Positions 1 through 10,600 of a stretch of DNA of 64,000 bases are shown in pieces. Under the pieces are notes generated by a model. That model was not told the DNA's origin and ran no database searches. It was given only the letters and a program-made list of their open reading frames with translations. The translations under genes were made by a program, and so were the position numbers. The stretch lies in contig CAZIIV010000003.1 in NCBI GenBank assembly GCA_964539365.1, positions 8,897-72,896 on the forward strand. Reading direction: 5' to 3'. This stretch comes from an uncultured Desulfobacteraceae bacterium. GTDB taxonomy: Bacteria; Desulfobacterota; Desulfobacteria; Desulfobacterales; UBA11574. How positions within the stretch are numbered: position 1 is the stretch's first letter; every line of letters starts with the position of its first letter.

Positions 1-88
1 CATCGGCAGAAATACGCAGGAGCGTCTCGAAAAACTTTACTGTTTGCCGGCTGTTTTCTATTTCATCTTTCCTAAATCGTGTGATCAT
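1..88 (-). CDS. 5' end of a minus-strand CDS that runs off the window (N-terminus MITRFRKDEIENSRQTVKFFETLLRISAD...)
   Basis: ATG at 88..86 opens a frame that stays open to position 1. No family is recognisable from 29 aa. Confidence 0.3.
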   Translation of the reverse strand, partial: MITRFRKDEIENSRQTVKFFETLLRISAD

Positions 89-428
89 TGTAGTTCCGAT
101 TTATTTTTCTCTCGGGCATTAATAATTTTCCAACAGAAAAAAAACGAAAAGGCCCATATTTTTACACAGTTTAGATACTGTATATGAGCCTTTTTCTATC
201 ACATAGGGTTACCCCCCTGGATTTGGCTGTGATTATCTTTTTTATATTATTCTAATAAATTATATATCATTTTTAATCGGGATCTTAATTTTGTTTATTC
301 ATAAATATTACATATAAAAATATAACATGATAATTTAGCTTATTACAAATTTATAAAAATAAGTCTATAGGATAATAAACTTATTTTGATAGGAAAGTAT
401 CCTGAAGATATAGGGAGTTATCCCGGAT

Positions 429-1205
429 TCAAATCAAATTTGGACTTTCCGAATTCAGGAGTTCTTTGAGCCTCAGAGCGTTCACAGGTGCATGCCCCAT
501 GGCATCGTTGTCAAAGTAAACAAAAGTATCTTTGCCCCAGTTTTTAATCTTTTGGGCCCAGTTCTTAATTTCGTCTTCTGAGTATTTGGATACATATAGT
601 TTTTTTGATCCGTGCAGGCGAATATAGATAAAATCGGATGTTACTGCTTCAAGATAGGGGTATCGTCCCGCAGTATCTGAAATACACCAGGCAATATTAT
701 GTTTTTTTAGAGAAGAGAGCGCCTTTTGTTCCAACCAACTCGGGTGTCTTGCCTCTATGGCGATGCACTTATTTTTTGGAATCAGGCTGAAAAATGCTTC
801 GAAAACTTCATTTTCAAAGGTCAGTGTGGGCGGGAGCTGGAAAAGAACGGCCCCCAGTTTTTCTTTTAATCCCGCCGATTCGCCAAAAAACCTTTTTAAG
901 GGTTCTGCGATATCTTTTAGCCTTTTGATATGGGTAATGTAACGGTTTGCTTTCACCGACCAAATAAACCCTTTCGGTGTTTTTTTCCTCCAGGTTTCGT
1001 AAGTTTTGTGAGACATGGAACGGTAGAACGTCGCGTTGACTTCAACACTGTTAAAGTGTGTTGCATAGAATTTCAACCATTGGGGTTTGGGACAGTTCTT
1101 CTCATAAAATACATCTTTCCAGTGATCATAATTCCATCCGGAAGTTCCGATATGTATTTTGTTCTGCATCTGAGATAAAACCATATTCTTTAAGGATGTT
1201 CCCAT
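429..1205 (-). CDS. DUF72 (YecE/UPF0759) family protein
   Basis: The N-terminal IHIGTSGWNYDHWKDVFY motif and the overall ~250-aa layout are typical of DUF72. The start is uncertain (alternatives at 1184 and 1169). The longest ORF overlaps the branching-enzyme stop by 16 nt. Confidence 0.8.
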   Translation of the reverse strand: MGTSLKNMVLSQMQNKIHIGTSGWNYDHWKDVFYEKNCPKPQWLKFYATHFNSVEVNATFYRSMSHKTYETWRKKTPKGFIWSVKANRYITHIKRLKDIAEPLKRFFGESAGLKEKLGAVLFQLPPTLTFENEVFEAFFSLIPKNKCIAIEARHPSWLEQKALSSLKKHNIAWCISDTAGRYPYLEAVTSDFIYIRLHGSKKLYVSKYSEDEIKNWAQKIKNWGKDTFVYFDNDAMGHAPVNALRLKELLNSESPNLI

Positions 1206-3277
1206 TCCTTACACCCGGGGGCAACGGGTTGAAGGACCAGTGCCGTGCGGTTGGGGAGATATAGGCTGAGCAGATTCCGTGGCCGTTCCATGGATGTATC
1301 GAACATGGTCAAATGATATTGGTTCGGGTGTAAACGGTTGTGGCCCCCATATTCCGGCGCATCACTGTCGAAAATCATACGGTATTTTCCAGGCGGTGCT
1401 TCGAAGCGATAATCCGGATACGAGCGCTCCGGATGAAAGTTGAAAACAAATAAAAGCCCTGCTCTTTCAAATACAATAATTTTGTTGTCCGAGTGCTCGT
1501 AAATAAGAGATATTTCTTGTGATTCCAAAATCTTGTAATTTATGGACAGAGATATCATGTCACGATCAAAACGGGCGAGGAATTGATACTTCAAGTTTTT
1601 GTCATCCATTAGATGCCATTGGCGCCGGGCATATCGATAAGACCAGTTGTTTCCTTCCCGCGGAAAGTCGATCCATTCGGGATGTCCAAATTCATTACCC
1701 ATAAAATTGAGATAGCCATTACCCGCCGTAGCCAGAGTGATGAGCCGGATCATTTTATGCAGAGCCATTCCACGAGCTACGGTATGAGTATCATCATCCA
1801 CATGCATGTGATCATACATATCCGCATCGATTAAACGGAAGATAATCGTCTTGTCGCCCACCAGGGCCTGGTCGTGGGACTCGGTGTAACTGATGGTTTT
1901 TTCATCCCGCCGACGGTTGGTCAATTCATACCAAAGGTGTCTCATGTGCCATTGTTCATCCGGTGTATCTTTGACAAGTCGAATCCAGTTGTCGGGCACT
2001 CCCATGGCAAAACGACAATCAAATCCAACGCCGCCGGATGAAATTGGAACAGCCAAACCCGGCATTCCGCTGATATCTTCGGCTATGGTAACCGCATCAG
2101 GCCGCACATGATGGATCAGTTTGTTGGCCAAGGTCAGATAAGTAAAGGCATCTTCGTCGATATTGTCGTTAAAATAATCCTCGTAGGAAGTAAATGCTTT
2201 TTCCAAACCGTGATCCATATAGAGCATACTGGTCACTCCGTCAAAACGGAAGCCGTCCAAATGATATTCATCCAGCCAGAAACGGCAGTTGGAAAGAAGG
2301 AAATGAAGAACCTGGTACTTTCCATAGTCAAAACACCTGGAATCCCAGGCTTCATGAATACCGCGCGGTCCTTCATGAAAGTATTGGTACCGTGTGCCGT
2401 CGAATCTGCTCAATCCCTCCACCTCGTTGGAAACCCCGTGTGAGTGGACCAGGTCCATGATTACCCTCAGACCGGAGGCGTGAGCCGTGTCGATAAGGTC
2501 TTTGAGATCCTCAGGTTTTCCGAACCGGGACGAGGCAGCAAAAAAGTTCGAAACCTGATAACCGAAAGAACCGTAGTAAGGATGCTCCTGGATCGCCATT
2601 AATTGCAGTGTATTGTAGCCGCTCACCGCAATACGCGGAAGAATTCGTGTGGTAAATTCTTTATAAGACCCGATTTTCTCTTCTTCCTGGGCCATTCCCA
2701 CATGCACTTCGTAAACAAACATCGGGTCTGACGGAGACTGAAAATCCTTACATTTCCACTCATACGGATCCGTCGGGGACCAGACCTGGGCATTAAAAAT
2801 CAGCGTATCAGGGTCCTGAACAACGCGACGGGCATAGGCAGGGATGCGGTCGCCTTCACCACCGGGCCAGTGGATACGGAGTCGATAATGATCCCCGTGT
2901 TTCAATTTGTCTTGAGACAAATGAATTTCCCAATTACCATCCTGACTGATTCGATGAAGGGCAAAGTCTTTTTTCTCTCGCCAGTTCGTCATATCGCCGA
3001 TTAAATAGATCCGAGTGGCATTCGGCGCCCACTCTCGAAAAATCCATTCATTGTTTCTGAAGTGCAATCCGAAATATTCGTGGCCGGCAGCGAAGTCCGC
3101 CAGGGTTTTTTTACCCTGAGTCAGGCGAAATTCTGTTTCCAGTGTTTTCAGCAGGCGCCGGCGAATGGTGTTCTTATACGAATTCAGGTAGGGGTCTCGG
3201 GATAAAAGACCCTCGAGTAGCGTATTGATATGATTGTCTTGACCCGAATTTTTTGGATCACCTAAGGTTTCGAACAT
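1190..3277 (-). CDS. glgB: 1,4-alpha-glucan branching enzyme, eukaryote-like GH13_8 type
   Basis: The protein is collinear with eukaryotic-type GBE: EWAPNA..IYLIGDMTNW, YEVHVGM, GYNTLQLMAIQEHPYYGSFGYQVSNFFAASSRFG, DLVHSHG, DGFRFDGVTSMLY. Confidence 0.9.
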   Translation of the reverse strand: MFETLGDPKNSGQDNHINTLLEGLLSRDPYLNSYKNTIRRRLLKTLETEFRLTQGKKTLADFAAGHEYFGLHFRNNEWIFREWAPNATRIYLIGDMTNWREKKDFALHRISQDGNWEIHLSQDKLKHGDHYRLRIHWPGGEGDRIPAYARRVVQDPDTLIFNAQVWSPTDPYEWKCKDFQSPSDPMFVYEVHVGMAQEEEKIGSYKEFTTRILPRIAVSGYNTLQLMAIQEHPYYGSFGYQVSNFFAASSRFGKPEDLKDLIDTAHASGLRVIMDLVHSHGVSNEVEGLSRFDGTRYQYFHEGPRGIHEAWDSRCFDYGKYQVLHFLLSNCRFWLDEYHLDGFRFDGVTSMLYMDHGLEKAFTSYEDYFNDNIDEDAFTYLTLANKLIHHVRPDAVTIAEDISGMPGLAVPISSGGVGFDCRFAMGVPDNWIRLVKDTPDEQWHMRHLWYELTNRRRDEKTISYTESHDQALVGDKTIIFRLIDADMYDHMHVDDDTHTVARGMALHKMIRLITLATAGNGYLNFMGNEFGHPEWIDFPREGNNWSYRYARRQWHLMDDKNLKYQFLARFDRDMISLSINYKILESQEISLIYEHSDNKIIVFERAGLLFVFNFHPERSYPDYRFEAPPGKYRMIFDSDAPEYGGHNRLHPNQYHLTMFDTSMERPRNLLSLYLPNRTALVLQPVAPGCKEWEHP

Positions 3278-3300
3278 AATGAATGTTTTCTTTCTTTCGT

Positions 3301-4842
3301 TTATATTTCGTTAGCGTTGTCTGACGATTTGTTTACGATCAGCGGCCGTCGAAGCATCTTCTCATAAAGATCGATATACTGTCGAGCAGTTGTGGCATGG
3401 GTAAATTGGGCGGCACTTTCGATCATGATGCGTTTGATTTGCTTTTCCTTTATCCTGTAGGGCAGATTATAAAAGTTCATGGCCTGGTTGATGGCCCAGA
3501 GCAGCCCGTTGGCATCAAAAGTTTTAAACAGGAAGCCATTGCCGAAATTGTTTTCAACATCCAGATCACTGATGGTATCATGAATCCCGCCGGTATCATG
3601 GGCCACCGGAAGACTTCCGTAAAGCGGAGCTATCATTTGCGGGAGGCCGCACGGTTCAAAACTCGACGGCATAAGGATAAAATCCGAAGCCCCGTAAGCC
3701 TGATGTTCCAGCTCGTTATCAAAATCGCAGATTGCCACGCGTTTCTGAAATCCGTGATGATTCACAATGTCTCTGAATACCATTTGATAGTCACCATTGG
3801 CCACAAAAACGACCTGAAGATTCTGGTTCCAGTATTTCGAAATTACCGTGTAAAATATTTTGTCCAACAACTGGCATCCCTTTTGAACCGGATCCAGCCG
3901 GGAGGGCCAAAAGAAGACCGGTGCGTTTACGTCTTGAATCAGTCCCAACTTTTCCTGTAAAAACAGCTTGTTTGCTTGTTTGCCCAACAAAAAATCCTCA
4001 TGACCGTAGGTTTGCTTAAGATAATTGTCGTCACAAGGGTTAAAAGAAGGGTCCGGCGCATTCAATATTCCAACGGTACAGCCGGCATAATATTTATTGG
4101 TCAATTCCCGTCGTATGGGAGGTTCGACAAAACCATGCTTCCCACTGACGACTTCCAGCAGGAATGTCGGGCTGACAATATTCACAAAATGAGCGGCAAA
4201 AATTCCACTGGCGAGAAAGTCTACGGGATTGGTATCCCGAACACTTTCATAATTGGCGGCCATGTTTTCGTAATATAAGTTTTGCCAAAAATAGGCGGCA
4301 TCGATTCCCCTGTCCTCCATGTATGCCAGTGTTGTCTTTATCGTGTGTACATTGTGAATGGTAAAAAGACATGGAATTTCCATTTGCCTGGCCATGGCCG
4401 GAATGAGACCGGTCATCCAATCATTGCAGTGAATCAGATCCGGTTGCACCTGGGGAACAATGTGATTGATCACCTCACGTTGAAACGCCAGTGCGAGTTT
4501 AATATTTTCCTCTCCATACGAAGAATAAACCCGGTTGATGTAGTAAAAGGCCCTGTCTTCTGCCAAATGGATGCGATCATTGGGCATTTTTCGCTGAATT
4601 TTATTGAGCTCTTTTTTTAGAACAGGGGCCAATCCGTTACTGAAGATGGAGCGGTAATCCGGAATGGAGACGTGCACGTCGGCTCCCTGTTCAAACAGGG
4701 CAGTAATCAGAGATGCCGAAACGTCGGCAAGTCCCCCTGCTTTGGCGGTAAAAAAAGAGGCCATGCCTCCCATACGGTCCGGCAGATACGTTACCTCCGG
4801 GGTCACAATGAGAATGCGGGGATTACCCTGTGAATGTGTCAT
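3301..4842 (-). CDS. glgA: glycogen/starch synthase (GT5)
   Basis: N-terminus NPRILIVTPEVTYLP...KAGGLADV; C-terminus PSSFEPCGLPQM. I prefer the ATG at 4842, which has AGGA 6 nt upstream, over the TTG at 4875. Confidence 0.9.
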   Translation of the reverse strand: MTHSQGNPRILIVTPEVTYLPDRMGGMASFFTAKAGGLADVSASLITALFEQGADVHVSIPDYRSIFSNGLAPVLKKELNKIQRKMPNDRIHLAEDRAFYYINRVYSSYGEENIKLALAFQREVINHIVPQVQPDLIHCNDWMTGLIPAMARQMEIPCLFTIHNVHTIKTTLAYMEDRGIDAAYFWQNLYYENMAANYESVRDTNPVDFLASGIFAAHFVNIVSPTFLLEVVSGKHGFVEPPIRRELTNKYYAGCTVGILNAPDPSFNPCDDNYLKQTYGHEDFLLGKQANKLFLQEKLGLIQDVNAPVFFWPSRLDPVQKGCQLLDKIFYTVISKYWNQNLQVVFVANGDYQMVFRDIVNHHGFQKRVAICDFDNELEHQAYGASDFILMPSSFEPCGLPQMIAPLYGSLPVAHDTGGIHDTISDLDVENNFGNGFLFKTFDANGLLWAINQAMNFYNLPYRIKEKQIKRIMIESAAQFTHATTARQYIDLYEKMLRRPLIVNKSSDNANEI

Positions 4843-4956
4843 GGTAAGTCCTAACCCGGACAAGCCGAAACCCAAGAGGAATTAAAATTGAATACTGACA
4901 ATTTAAGGAAGTCGATCCCGCCGTTATTGTAAAGCATGAACAGGTCATTCAATCAG

Positions 4957-5006
4957 TTTAAAATTATCAATTATCAATTGTCAATCTTAAATTTTCAATC
5001 CCTAAG
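4957..5006. repeat. Heptamer-periodic AT-rich repeat (TATCAAT TATCAAT TGTCAAT CTTAAAT TTTCAAT CCCTAAG) in the glgP-glgA spacer
   Basis: Six consecutive 7-nt units are read directly from the sequence. The 15-mer tatcaattatcaatt (4965..4979) recurs exactly at 13136..13150. Confidence 0.7.
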
Positions 5007-7548
5007 CCCATGTGATAAGGCCGGGGGCAAATCTGATTCGGTCATCGCCCCTGGGGATAGCTCTGACAGTGAACCCATACCGCCCTGAATTGCTGCACGC
5101 TATGGTGCAGGAATAAAGATATTCACCATCTCCATGGATTTCCTTTACGGTCATTTCTTGAGAATGACTGTCTGCAATGCTGTCCACAGTTTTTAATGGC
5201 CCGTAATAGAGCTCAATTTTTACTTCATCAGGACGGAGTTCTCCCAGATTCACCATCGCTGTGACTTCAAACTGTTCTCCCACCCAAAACGGATCTTCAG
5301 CTTTTCGTACAGGAGGTTCAATTCTTATTTTTTCCCACAGGGAGATAAGTCGGTTATACTGAGCGGAAAGAATTACTGCTTCCTTGGCATTATCTTCAGT
5401 CAGATGTGCAAAGCGATTTGCGGCGGGGAGATAAAATTGGGTTTCATATTTTCTAACCATGATACGGGCGCAAAATTGCAGCATCGCCATCTTCATTGAT
5501 TCTTTCATCATTTTGAGCCACCGGTCCGGGGCTTCCCCATTCCTTCTTTCATAAAAGCAAGGAATCACCTCGTTTTCCAGCACATTATAAAGGGCGAGGC
5601 TCTCCACCGTATCCTGGTAAGCCGCATCAGTATATTCCTCTCCGTTTCCTATACTCCAACCTCTTTCTTCAGAATATCCTTCACACCACCACCCATCGAG
5701 AATGCTCACATTAAGGACTCCGTTCGCGGCAGCTTTTATACCGGATGTGCCGCAGGCTTCAAAGGGTCGTCTGGGAGTATTAAGCCACACATCCGCACCC
5801 TGAACCAGGTTCCGTGCGATACTGATATCGTAGTCTTCTAAAAAGGCGATTCGGTGGCGCACCGTGGGTCTGCGGGCAAACTGGATAAGGCGTTTGATGA
5901 GCTCCTTACCTTCGTTATCTTTAGGATGGGCTTTTCCTGCAAAGATGAATTGAACCGGATTTGTTTCCGAGGTAATGATTGCTTCAAATCGCTCCGGATC
6001 TTTAAGCAAAAGATTGGCCCGCTTGTACGTTGCAAAGCGACGGGCAAAGGCGATGGTCAATATATCCTGGTCCAGTACCGATTCAGCATCCTTCATCATT
6101 GCTTTTGGGGCATTACGGCGCCGGTATTGTTTTATCATTCGTGCCCGGCAATGGCGAATAAGGCGGCTGCGACTCATTTCACGGGACCGCCATAATTCCT
6201 CATCATAAATATCGTTAATGCGTTTGGCAATTTCCGGGTTCCCCATGTCTAAATGCCAATCCGGTCCAAGATAGCGTTCAAACAGCAGGGAGTTCTCAAT
6301 GGAAATCCATGAAGGAATATGTATCCCGTTTGTAATATGGGCTATGGGAATCTCATCTTCCGGTCTGCCGGGCCAGACATGGGACCACATGTGTCTGGCC
6401 ACCTTTCCGTGCAATTCGCTGACGCCGTTGCAGTATTGCGCACTGTGCAATCCCAGAACGAACATGGAAATGGGCGTGTCTGCACCGGATTTCATGGGTT
6501 GCCCCCACGATAAGATCTCTTCAACACTTATTCCTAGTCTGTCGGTAAAAGAATTAAGATACGGCTTTACAAGGTCAACGGGAAACTCATCATGCCCTGC
6601 CGCTACCGGCGTATGGGTAGTAAAGACCGTAGTTCGTGAAACGATCTCCTTTGCGGTCTCAAGATTGACGCTATAGGAGGAAATCGTCTGAGCAAGGCGC
6701 TCCAGGGTGACAAAGGCGCAATGACCTTCATTCATGTGGCAAACGGTCGGAAAGATTCCCATGGCTTCAAGAGCACGCATTCCTCCGATTCCCAGCAGCA
6801 CCTCTTGGGCCAGCCGAGTCTTTGGGCTTCCGGCATACAGACGAGACGTTATTTCTCGAATCTCCGGAGAATTTTCCGGCAAATTGGTATCCAGAAGAAT
6901 AAGGGGAATGCGTCCCACCATAATTTTCCAGACAACAGCCCGGATTTCGCCCTCAGGTCCGGGGATCGAGATGATTAGCTCATTTCCTGAACTATCTTTT
7001 ATCCGCTTCACAGGCAGGCGATAAATATCGGTTTCCGGATATTCCTCCTGCTGCCACCCCTCATGATCCAAAAACTGGTGAAAATAGCCGTGCCGGTAGA
7101 GAAGACCTACCCCTATGAGGGGAAGGGTAAGGTCGGAAGCTGCCTTTAAGTGATCTCCGGCCAGAACTCCGAGACCGCCTGCAAACAGGGGAACACTTTC
7201 ATGAATTCCAAATTCCATGGAAAAATATCCAATAGTCCCATCTTTGCCGTATGAAATTTCGTTGGAAGCTTCAGGGGTTAAGTCGTTCACAAAACGTTCT
7301 TCCACCCGTTGCTGATGAGCCAGAAAGCCTTCGTCTGCTGACAGTTCCTCGAGTTGTTTTTGGGGAATTAAGGTTAAAAACTCGATGGGATTGCGACCGG
7401 ACTCTTCCCAGAGCCGGGGATTTATTCGACGAAAAAGTTCGATGGCATTCATATGCCAGCACCACCAAAGGTTGCGTGCCAGAACCTGAAGAAAGGAAAG
7501 GGGCTTTGGAATTACAGGAAGTACTTGAAATGTTTGTAAAAAACGCAT
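5002..7548 (-). CDS. glgP: alpha-glucan phosphorylase (GT35, DUF3417-type N-terminus)
   Basis: 848 aa with FSMEFG, GGLGVLAGD, EACGTSGIKAAANG and an N-terminal WWCWH motif. AGGA lies 9 nt upstream of the ATG. Confidence 0.92.
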   Translation of the reverse strand: MRFLQTFQVLPVIPKPLSFLQVLARNLWWCWHMNAIELFRRINPRLWEESGRNPIEFLTLIPQKQLEELSADEGFLAHQQRVEERFVNDLTPEASNEISYGKDGTIGYFSMEFGIHESVPLFAGGLGVLAGDHLKAASDLTLPLIGVGLLYRHGYFHQFLDHEGWQQEEYPETDIYRLPVKRIKDSSGNELIISIPGPEGEIRAVVWKIMVGRIPLILLDTNLPENSPEIREITSRLYAGSPKTRLAQEVLLGIGGMRALEAMGIFPTVCHMNEGHCAFVTLERLAQTISSYSVNLETAKEIVSRTTVFTTHTPVAAGHDEFPVDLVKPYLNSFTDRLGISVEEILSWGQPMKSGADTPISMFVLGLHSAQYCNGVSELHGKVARHMWSHVWPGRPEDEIPIAHITNGIHIPSWISIENSLLFERYLGPDWHLDMGNPEIAKRINDIYDEELWRSREMSRSRLIRHCRARMIKQYRRRNAPKAMMKDAESVLDQDILTIAFARRFATYKRANLLLKDPERFEAIITSETNPVQFIFAGKAHPKDNEGKELIKRLIQFARRPTVRHRIAFLEDYDISIARNLVQGADVWLNTPRRPFEACGTSGIKAAANGVLNVSILDGWWCEGYSEERGWSIGNGEEYTDAAYQDTVESLALYNVLENEVIPCFYERRNGEAPDRWLKMMKESMKMAMLQFCARIMVRKYETQFYLPAANRFAHLTEDNAKEAVILSAQYNRLISLWEKIRIEPPVRKAEDPFWVGEQFEVTAMVNLGELRPDEVKIELYYGPLKTVDSIADSHSQEMTVKEIHGDGEYLYSCTIACSNSGRYGFTVRAIPRGDDRIRFAPGLITWA

Positions 7549-7637
7549 ATTTGTTTATCCTTTGTCATTGTTTGTTGATCATGGGGCAAGCAAAAAGAAC
7601 ATTTATGGATGGACACTACTTAAATATTATCAAATCG

Positions 7638-10600
7638 TCAATCCAAAGCTTGAAGCAGCTTCCACACCCTCACAAATTCGCTTGCCCCCCAGGCCTGTGC
7701 ATCACAGCCCCGGTACCTGTGGGGAAAATCTCCGTCCATGATTTCCGGCAGGTGGCCTACGCACCCCTGGGTTACCGGACGGGCGCTGCTCGCCAGCAAT
7801 GATAACGCTGTGTTTTTTCCTTTATCTCCGTAAGCGGTTACCCATGCTTCACAATAACTGGGGAACAGCCATGTCCAGGCGGTACCGTTATGATATGCAG
7901 GCTTGCGTTTTAAATCTTCCGCTCCCGAATATTGCCCCTGGTAAGGATGATGGGGGGTGTTAATGGTCCTTCCATTATGATAAATCGGCATCGGTCGGCT
8001 CAGCGGTCGGTCTGCAAGGCTGCGAACCGCGCCGGGAACCAGCAGTTCCTCACATGCGGCCACGATTTTACGGCAAATCCTGCGGTCGGAGACGGCGCCA
8101 AGTGTTACCGCAAAAAGCTGATTTGGCCTCAGGGCATCGTCAGGATCCGCTTGTGCGGCCGATTTTTCCGAATCCGTATGGAGACAGTCGGACAGGTAAC
8201 CTGATTTTTCGAGCCAAAAGAATTTAGAAATTGACGTTTGAACCCGGGAAGCTCTATGGGTCCAGTCGCCGCCATCCCCGGAGGGGTCAATTCGTGATAA
8301 AAAGGATAGTGCGGCAAACCAGAGCGCCTGAATTTCAATAGGGTACCCCTGCCTGGGTGTGCCTGCAGGATGGTTGGTGTCCATCCAGGTAAAATGGGTC
8401 GGGCTGAAAATAAGACACGATTCCGGGTCCATATGGACACCGTTGGGCGTGCCCTTTTCATAAGCATTGGCTATGGAAAAAAGAATATCACGAATGGTCC
8501 GATTGCCGCATGTTGAATCCAAAAATAATTCATTTCCTTGGATTCGGACCAAATCGGCACATGCGACAAAAAACCATAGCGGCGCGTCAGAGGTGTTCCG
8601 GTTTCCGGTATCTTTGCCTCGGATCATATTAGGGATCGTTCCGTTGCTTTCAAACTGTCCGAACTGTTTCAGGATAGAACGAGCCTCTTCCATTTTTCCC
8701 GCTGCAATCAATCCCCTGACAAAAATCAATGCGTCCCTTCCCCAATCCAGAAACCAAGGATATCCGGCAATTACCGTTTTCAAATCGTTTCTTTTGACGA
8801 CATAATCATCCAGTGCTGTTTTTAACGCGTCATAGGGTTTGCAAAATCTTCTTTTTTCAACAGGTTTCGGTTCCATATCACGGACCCGGCATTTTTGATT
8901 CGGACCGCGGGAATTTTGGGCACCCGTAATAGAGGCGCTCAGTGTTTGGGATTGTCCTCCTTTCAGCAATGAAGAAAAATAACCCGGGCTGAATAAATCC
9001 GAATCCGCGTCCAGACCCCGCTCAGCCTCTATGGGCCGGTGTACCATATATTGCCATTCCGGCTCCCATACAAAAGACCCATCTGAAATCTTCAAATTCA
9101 GCCGGTGTTCCTGATCCGGCACAAATGTGAATCCGTCTTTATCCGATCTTACGGCTCCGGGCCAGAAATGCTCCGGTCCCTGATAAGCTTTGGTGGTCTC
9201 GTGAAAACTGCGGCTTTCAATATCCGGACGAAGGATGAGCCGGACCGGCTCATGATCTGCCAGCATTCCTCGCCTGGTTTTTGCTGAATCGCGGATAAAA
9301 ACCATACGCATGGAATTCTTTCCGGGAATCATCTCCGCACATATGGTCAGAAAGACAGATTCTCCCTGGCCTGTGGGTACCTGATGTCGCCATACGCCTC
9401 GGGCACGGGACTTGAAACAAAAAGAATCAAAGCAATCATCGCAAATTTCCTGTGAGTATCCCTGATATACCAGCCATGCCCGGCATCGGGTAAACATTAC
9501 CCACCGGTCTTCAGGGATATCAGGGTTCATATTTGCTGCCAGAAGGGCATCATACCGGCTGGTAAGCTTTCCCCAGGAAACCGCCGCCCGAAGCATGCCT
9601 CCGTACCCGTTGGTGCAAAGCAGAAGAGGTGAATGTCTCGACAGATCCGGCCGGTAATAGATCCGGTTCACCCTTGCATCCTCCGGCCGAGACAGGAAAA
9701 GAAGGGGCGCGTCGACATGTTGAGTACGACCTGGAGTATACACCGATACTTTCAGGGTATACGAGCAATGCGTCCTGGGTGGATGAAGGGGAGAAAAAAG
9801 TACAAAACACGACCCGTCCATACACATTAGACTTTCTTCATGGTACAGGCATCGGTTTTTGTCCATGATCCGGGCACGAAAAGCTCTGTCGGCGCGAACC
9901 ATTAGAAAATGATCCGGAGGCACCATGACTTCCCGCCGTTTGTCACGTGGCCATTGCCAGGTTATCACCCGAGATTCAGTGTTGAAAGGATTAAGGCTGC
10001 GGCAGTACTCCAGGGGATTTTCCGCCAGTTTTTGCGCCGCCGTATCCGGTTCAACTTTGCCGGGATCCCGGGAGCGTTTATAAAAATGCAGCACGTCCAT
10101 GGCCTTGGCCCGAAGACACTGTTTTTTAATTCGCTCCGGATATACTGCGGTTTGAGATTCGGCCTCGCCAACAACATCCATATCATTTGGGTCATCGGTA
10201 AAACAAAGAACCCGACCGGAATCCAGGAGTAAGGACTGTTTTCCGTCAGACTCGGCAATAGCTATTTTCTCACCGGAAATAAGATCCACAAAATTAGATG
10301 CATCCATGCCTGTTTCCTGAGAATTCCAGGTTGCTAAGGTTTGACGCCGATGGTCCAGATTCGTTACAATAAGAAGCTTTTTTCCTGACGGCACATGGTG
10401 TCTCAATAGCACAATACAGTTTCCATCACCCTGCTGGACCATTTTCAATTGTGTTCGATCATGAAATGCCGCATGTATGTGGAGCAGCGTGTTCAGGCGA
10501 CGGATATGTTTGACCTGATTGGTTGCAGCGCCCCAGTTCAGTGAAGCTGCTTCATGGACGTTGATCTTTTCCGTTGCATACCATTCTACTCCGTTGGCAA

